From the human T2T-CHM13v2.0 reference genome, Homo sapiens, in assembly GCF_009914755.1 (NCBI RefSeq), contig NC_060942.1: 64,000 nt of DNA. One strand, written 5' to 3'. Below are positions 55,047 to 64,000 of this stretch, piece after piece; positions within the stretch are counted from its first letter, which is position 1; each line of letters begins with the position of its first letter. Below the pieces are notes generated by a model. The model was not told the DNA's origin and ran no database searches. It saw nothing but the letters and a program-made list of their open reading frames with translations. The position numbers and the translations under genes are program-made.

Positions 55047-55600
55047 TTAGCCAGGCTATAGTTCCAGCTACTCGGGAAATGAGGCTTCCTGCAGCGGGGA
55101 TCTCATTTGCTTAACATTTTTCTATTGTTCTTTGGTTCACTGCTAACAGTCTTGTAAATCCTTGCTTGCTTGCTGAAGCAGTCTCTTCTTTTGGGTGGGG
55201 CATCCGAATGTTGCCACCTGGCAGGGTGCCCTGGCCCATGGAAGGCTGGTCCCGGCTTGGCTTTAAGTGAAGGTTCCACTGCACTTCCTTCTTTTCCCTG
55301 GGGAGGAGGAGTCCCACACTGACATGGAGGAACTCTACAAAATGGCCCAATGATCCTCCAAGTAGCCAATAACCATCTAGGTCTTTTTTTACTGTTTGCT
55401 TTTTGGTATATTCTTTTCATTTATTTTTATTTTTATTTTTTAAGAGATAGGGTCTCGCTCTGTCGTGCAGACTGTAGTGTGCAGTGGCATAATCATAGCT
55501 CACTGAAGCCTTGAATTCCTGGGCACAAAGGATCCTCCCGCCTCAGTCTCCTGAATAGCCGGAAGTTTAGGTGCAAACCACCATGCCTGGCTAATTTTTG

Positions 55601-55785
55601 CCTGCCTTCCTTCCTTCCTTCCTTCCTTCCTTCCTTCCTTCCTTCCTTCCTTCCTTCCTTCTTTCCTTCTTTCCTCCCTCCCTCCCTCTCTCTCTCCTTC
55701 CGTCGTTCCTCGTCTCCTTTCCTCCTCTCCTTTCTTTCCTTTCCTTTCTTTTCCTTCCTTCTTTTCTTTTCTTTTTTCTTTTTTA
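55601..55785. repeat. (CCTT)n / pyrimidine tract expanded in an Alu linker
   Basis: Read directly; lies between the two arms of a minus-strand Alu (55420-55898). Confidence 0.9.
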
Positions 55786-57465
55786 GATAGGGTCTCACTA
55801 TGTTGCCCAGGAGGATCTAGACTCTTGGCTTCAAGCCATCCTCCCACCTCAGCCTCTCAAGGTGTTGGGATTGCAGGCATGAGCCACTGCACCTGGCCTC
55901 AGATGCGCTAGTAATTTTGCTTTTATTATCCATCACAGTGATTTAACAAAGTGTTAGATTTCCTTCACTCTAGTGATGGAATGGACGATGCTCCATTAGG
56001 GTCAGTTGCCCTTAGCATTGCTCCATCAGATGCTTTGCAGTTTAAAACATGCAGTGATGAGCCCTGAATACATGGCAGGATTTCTGGGAGCCTCATCTGT
56101 GACCCAGTGGACAAGGCACAGGTGTAAAAATGCCAGCCTTAAGGAGCCTTCAGTCCCTGGCCAGACATCTAGCTGTTGCCTGAGTGTTTGATTTTCATTT
56201 GGATATTTAGCATTATTGTGTAACTCTCAGCTTCCAACCTTTGTTTAAGGAGAGTCTGGGCTAATGGTTGGAAAGTACCCTATCACTAATCTGGCCCTTG
56301 GGAATAGAAGCATCTATTATGAATGGGCCCAGAGGAGGCGTCTCCTAAGTGAAGCTGCCTTCGACATTCTGCTGAGGGTTCCAAGTATTCACACAAGAGC
56401 AGTATCTTTGAATGTACTGGGGACTCTGAATTCTGTCTAGTTGATGTACCAGTCCTTAGATTTTACTGCCAAGTTGCTAAAACCATATGGGGTAAAATGT
56501 AGGAGATACGTACACACAGACTTAGTTCTCAATTATTTGCCAATTGGCACTTGTTTCATTTAATCTTTAATTGAGCCAAAACCAAGAAGCCAAAAAAGCT
56601 GAGTTCAATCATTAGGGAAAATGGACAAAAAGACTCCTGTGCTATGGAAATTGTCTCACCGCTTTACATGGGAGCAAGAGTGGAATGCAAACTTAATTTT
56701 GTTTATGGCAAAAACGGATCTCCTGCCCCCATGGCTGAAATGCAGAAAGTAACATTTTTATTAACATTTGACTTTTGGGGCCCTGTTTGGCAATTCTATA
56801 GTAATATCACAAACTATATATAATATACCAGATTACAGTGTACATCTCAAGTGTGGCTGGAGCCTCATTCTTTCAGTGAGGCTTCCTTAGTGGGCTTCTC
56901 ACAGCTTAGAGGTAATATGGCAGCTTAGATTTGCAGGGACCTCAGTGGGCTGAACATCAGATGGTGAGCCACATGGGAGCAGAAGCTGTGTGTGCCTCCT
57001 TTTGGCAGTCCCGATGCCAAGTCCAGAGCCTAGCACATTGTTGGTGTTCACTGAGCATTTCCGAATAAGTGAATGAATAAATGAATCCTCACAGATTATC
57101 TGAGGAGCCACAAACCTCTCAAATATGAAACCAAAGTTTCTGAGGCACTTTCCTCTAACGAGATTGGGAGCCTGTGTTTGTGCGGTTCTTCTCATATTCA
57201 GAAATCTAAGGCATGTGGCCACCAGCTTCCAAGTGAGGTCCCAGGGCAAGTGACAATAAAGGACATCATCCTATTTTCACGGGAGGAGTATTGCCTGGTA
57301 GAACAACTATCACAGCTTCACTGAAGGCAGCACCTTCTCCCCTCCATCCCGCAAAGACCTGCCACTATGGGTCCCCAGCATGGGGCTTGGAGGGGCCTGA
57401 AAGTAATTGCTAAGGGGTCATGACTCCATCTTTGTGTATGTCTATGTATGTTTTCAATTAAATGA

Positions 57466-57467
<2 letters not shown>

Positions 57468-57510
<43 letters not shown>
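57468..57510. repeat. (GT)21 microsatellite
   Basis: Read directly. Confidence 0.95.
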
Positions 57511-57511
<1 letters not shown>

Positions 57512-58467
57512 TCGGGGGGGCCTCAGGAATTTTGAAGTTGTACAAGGGAATCTTGGACTTTTACAGGATGTCTGCTCCCCCTTCCCCCACTGTCCCAGTG
57601 ATGCGGGTCAAACTAAGCTCAGGCCACAGCCCTTCAGTGGGCACGATTGGCTTTGATGCCTTCTATGAAGGTGTAGAATTCTTGGTTTCCCCAGCAAGTA
57701 GAATGGGGCTGGAGAAGGAACAAGAAGTGGGAAACAGTAGGGTAGAAATCCAAGTGATTTCACTGGAAAGAGAAATGTCAGAAGCTCCCAGAACAGCCAC
57801 GATCAAACATGCCTTCTGGACGAAATGGTTCTTATAACATCCACCTTCAGTATGGTGCCAGAATTGTGACACAGTTGTAATGTGCTGATCTCAGGGTGGG
57901 ATGCATGCCCTGAGTCTTTCCTAGGCAAGTCCTGTGCCTGCTGGGGCTCAGCAGGTGGCCTAAGGGCCAGAGTACTCTGCTCAATCATGAGGCTAGTCAG
58001 GCTCACTGAGTGGGCAGGGATCTGGGAAGCTTCGAGCAGGAAATGAAGAAATCTAAAGTCTGGTTCAGTGTCCCAGGGGGATCTGGGGAAGACAGTATGG
58101 GGAGGGTGATCAAGGCAGACCAGCTGGTGAGAGGAGATTAGGGCAGTGACAGCTTCCATGGAACTCCTGAAAGGCCCTCCAACACCCTGGGGCCCTGGCA
58201 AGGTCAAAAAGTGGGGAGCAGTGAGCTATGTCCAGTACAGGAGGCCAGCAGGTGGATCTCTAAGGACTGATGTAAAGAATGCTTCCAGGTTCTGAGAAAT
58301 TGGCATCCCAGGCAGGCTCCTGGACAGAAATTCAGACACAATGGGTCAAGACCTGTGTCTAGAACTGCACATAAAGGCAATCACTAGCTTTAATTGGAGG
58401 CGTACTATGTATTAGCATTGCATTTGGCCCTTTCTAATTATTACTTCCTTCAGTATTCACAGATCTT

Positions 58468-59064
<597 letters not shown>

Positions 59065-59179
59065 TTACAAATCTTATGCCATGGGTAAAATTTTTCACAT
59101 GAAAAAACTGAGACTTGGCCGGGCGTGGTAGCTCACGCCTGTAATCCCAGCACTTTGCGAGGCAGAGGTGGGCGGATCA

Positions 59180-59431
<252 letters not shown>

Positions 59432-59439
59432 TTAAAAAT

Positions 59440-59675
59440 TTTTTTGTCAAATAAAGATGTAATATATTTAATGTGTTTTATGTGATGATTTGATATGCAT
59501 ATACAGTGTGTAGTGATTACTATAGTCAAATTAATCCAAGCGTCCATCACCATCCATGCTGTACATGAGAACCCCAGAACTTGTTCCTGTGGTAGCCGAA
59601 ACTTTGCAGCCTTTGACCAACATCTCTCCATTTCCTGCACCTCCTGGTCCCTGGCAACCACCATTCTACTCTGGT
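59440..59675 (-). mobile_element. L1M 3'-end fragment
   Basis: Typical L1M 3'UTR segment (CCTTTGACCAACATCTCTCCATTTCC...CCCTGGCAACCACCATTCTACTCT). Confidence 0.6.
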
Positions 59676-60769
59676 GGTAGGTCCAGCCCTGCAGCAGACA
59701 CTTTCACATACATTATGTCATTTAACCTTCACAATATCTTTATCATCATTTTTTATTTCAGGTGAGGGATTGGAAGCATAGAGAGACTGAGTGGCTTGCT
59801 TCAACTCACACGGGAAGGAAGCAATAACCCAATAAATGGGACTGGGGCACATGTCAGAGAAACCCAGCAGCAAGACTACCCTGAGGCTGATGTGCCATGG
59901 GAGAGGAAGAGACCTAAGCATTAAGGATGTAATACTTGCTATATACATTTAGTCCTCCTTAGCCTAAAACCTGAGTTAGTGACGATCTTGTAAGATGGAG
60001 AGAAATTTTGAAGATACACAACTTCAAGGAGTATGGCTTACTTACTAAGTGCAGGGAGTGGCTTTCACCTGAAATAACCCAAAGATGCATTTGTTCTTCA
60101 TAATGCATGAGTCATGGATTTAGCCCATACATTGAATTCATATTATTAAAACAACCACCTTACACCCATGTCTCTGTGCAGAGGCAGCTAAATCAGTAGG
60201 TGCTATTGTGGAGTAAGTGAAACGAATTTTAACTTTAGCATATGTGTCATTTCTTTTGAGTTGTCTAAACTTGGGTACAATTACTCATACTGAGCCAAGA
60301 GAATGAAGCAGGTTATTTCATGCCCTTTTAAAAAAGGTTGTAAAACTCTGATTTTTTTTTTTTTTTTTTTTTTTTGAGACAGGGTCTTGTTCTATCACCC
60401 AGGCTGGGGTGCACTAATGAGATCATGGCTCACTGCAGCCTTGACTTCCCAGGCTCCGATCCTCTTGCTTCAGCCCCGCTAGTAGCTGGGAATATAGGCG
60501 CAAACCATCAACCCTGGCTAATTTTTGTATTTTTTGTAGAGATGGGGTCTAGTCATGTTGCTCAGGCTTGTTTCAAACTCCTGGGCTCAAGCGATCCTGT
60601 CGTCTTAGGCTCCCTAAGTGCTGGAATTATAGGTGTGAGCCACTGCACCTGGCCCAATTCTGATATTTTGTATTTCTTATATGTACTGTTGAATGAATAG
60701 GAAAGATTTAACATAGTATTAGAGCATCATGAGGTTAGAAACTATCAAGTAATAATAACCAACAAATGA

Positions 60770-61067
<298 letters not shown>

Positions 61068-62239
61068 TAATACACAGTACAACTGGGTTATGAGAAAGAT
61101 GATCACATAGTTGGATGTCATGGCTATATGAAATTGCTAAAAAAGTTTATAAACACTTTCAGTTTTTGTGCTTTTCTCATTGCAACAACAAACAGTTCAT
61201 CCACTGGCACTGATTGAGAGGTCACAGTTTATTTTAAATAAGCAGGACCACTCTGAAACCATCTCAACAGCTGAAAAACTAGCTTTTGTGGCGTTTTTTT
61301 TTCCTTTTTAAATTATTTTTGCTTATCCATATTAGTGAACTTTTCAATACCTGATGAAAGGATTAAAGAAACTTCTTCATTCAAGGTAAACCACGCTTTT
61401 TCCAATTTAGACATAAGGGAGAAATTATTCCTTCTAAGATCAATGTATAGAAGGTGCATAAAGAATGAAAAGAGAAAATATAAAATATAACCCATAGCCA
61501 AGGGGAAAAAATGAGGTCAATGCTATGCTTAAAAGGAAGATTCATCCTGGTGCTGCTTAAAGAAAAAAAATTGTAAAAATAAAAAAAATAAGATTCATAA
61601 ATGGTCAAAACCCACTTTCAGAGAAAAACTATGAACTATGACTCTCACAAGATAGCTACAAAGTATTTGGCTTGTAGAATTCTCATAGATACAGACTGAA
61701 GACATCTATTTTTGTAGAATTGTTCTTTCTGGCACTATTCTTGATGCTTTGGCAAAAAGCATATTCACACAAACTTTTTTTAAACTTGGGATGAAGTTAA
61801 TGGAACATTTTGGCAAATGCAAAAAACAGGGCATGAGACTCAAGAGATCAAATTTTACTTTTCCCTAGATACTTACTAAGGAGCAAAAGCCAAAAAATAA
61901 GAAAAAAAAAGAATTAGAGACAAACTTAATTTTGTCTTCTTAAACACACTAACTACGTAGAAAAAAAAAAGTCAAATTCTAAAAGCTCAATTTCCCAGAA
62001 ATGTCCAGAAGTAATCGGAAAGAATATTTTGTATTTCACTTATGATGCATTAAAGCATTTAAAAATGCAACCTACACATAGGTGATATTAATCAGCTCAT
62101 GCTGGTGATTAGGAAGAAGAGGCAAGACTTTTTTCTTTTTTGAGACAGAGTCTCACTCTGTTGCCCAGGCTGGAGTGCAGTGGAGTGATCATAGCTCACT
62201 GTAGCCTTGACCTCTTGGGCTCAAGCAATCAAGATTTCG

Positions 62240-62915
<676 letters not shown>

Positions 62916-64000
62916 TAATAGGAAAATGTTGAAGGTTATATAAATGCAAGTTCTGCTTTTCTGAATAAGGCAGAATCAGGTTACCTAGAAAACCAGCGAT
63001 GTTTCAGAGTTGTGTAAAACAGCACCAGTCTTTGGGAATGTTCTTAGTGGTTTGTGGGGCTATATAAACTCACAGATTAGACCAACCAAGCCAACTGATC
63101 AACCTATCCATATTTATTAAGCACCGATTGAGTAATTATCACTATGCAAAGTAGTGTGGAAGATGCATTTTTCTTGCATGCAGGGTACCTACAATGGAGT
63201 TGGAGAATATAAATAGTAAAAATAATGTTGGAAATACTGTAAGACAGAATATAACAAAGTGCTAAATCATATCATACAGAATGTAAAGTAGTAAAGAATT
63301 TCAGACTTCTAGTCATGACCTATTCTGATGAGGCCTTCAACACATGGTCTAAGAGATGTAATAAGGCATTAATAGTCCAAATCTGAGCATATACACTTGA
63401 CTACAGCAACCATCTGGCTCTTCTGGGCCTCCTCTCAGGGGTAGAAGACAATGGCCTCATGAACACAGATATCAAGGGAAATCAGCTGCTTAAAGAAAGG
63501 TGATTAGACTTTCTCAAACCTGATCCTTGTTGTTGGAGAAGACAGGGCTCTTGTAACTCAAGTTTTCAGTATCTGCCTGGTCTTCCTTGTCTTTGTAACC
63601 AACAATGTGGCCATGGGCAACAATCAACTGCACTGGGAGAGGATGACAGCTAAAGAGTTGTGCAGAATGGGAGGAGAAGTAATGGCATTTGGAACAGCAA
63701 ATCCTCCCAGATATGAGGTGCTGAAGACCGGGGAAGAAAGAACACCGCCTCTTTTCTAGGCTCCGCCGCTTCTTTCATACCATAAATATTTAAGTACCTA
63801 CTCCTGTGCCAGACATTCTGCTAGATCATAGGGCTACAAAATAAATGAAACATGGTGCCTGCCCCGAAGGAGCTCATGGTCTAGTAAGTAGGCAGATAAA
63901 AGCACTACCAGGGAGGCCTGAATAGTATGTTATGCGAGCTCAATGGCAGGAATGGCCAACTCTGAGAAAGAGGGGAGAATCTGGGGCAGGGCCACGGAGA

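Noticed and set aside
55493-55847. Lys/Glu/Gly/Arg-rich ORFs
   Set aside because: Translations of the (CCTT)n tract

Overview
Primate, almost certainly human, genomic DNA. The window holds the 5' part of ANKRD29 (ankyrin repeat domain 29; human 18q11.2, between NPC1 and LAMA3 from recall) on the minus strand. I traced coding exons 1-8 by hand, all with GT-AG junctions and all phase 0 (241 codons); the 3' exons lie left of the window. There is a CpG-island promoter near 48.6-49.3 kb and a second, intragenic CpG island over exon 7. About 9 kb upstream is a full-length processed RPS10 pseudogene with target-site duplications (TSDs). The rest is repeat-rich: about 60 Alu elements or fragments including one very young AluYa-type, nested ERV1 LTRs, MaLR LTRs, L1/L2/MIR fragments, hAT and Tigger DNA-transposon relics, and tandem repeats. 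Most ORFs in the supplied track are Alu or GC-rich artefacts. I see no clear evidence of a new biological system. The best leads are the one-exon-per-ankyrin-repeat architecture flanked by inverted Alus, an inverted-repeat-bounded AT-rich insert inside a MER58, and a 180-bp upstream duplication with a perfect 57-bp core. Repeat subfamily names are from recall and need RepeatMasker/Dfam confirmation.
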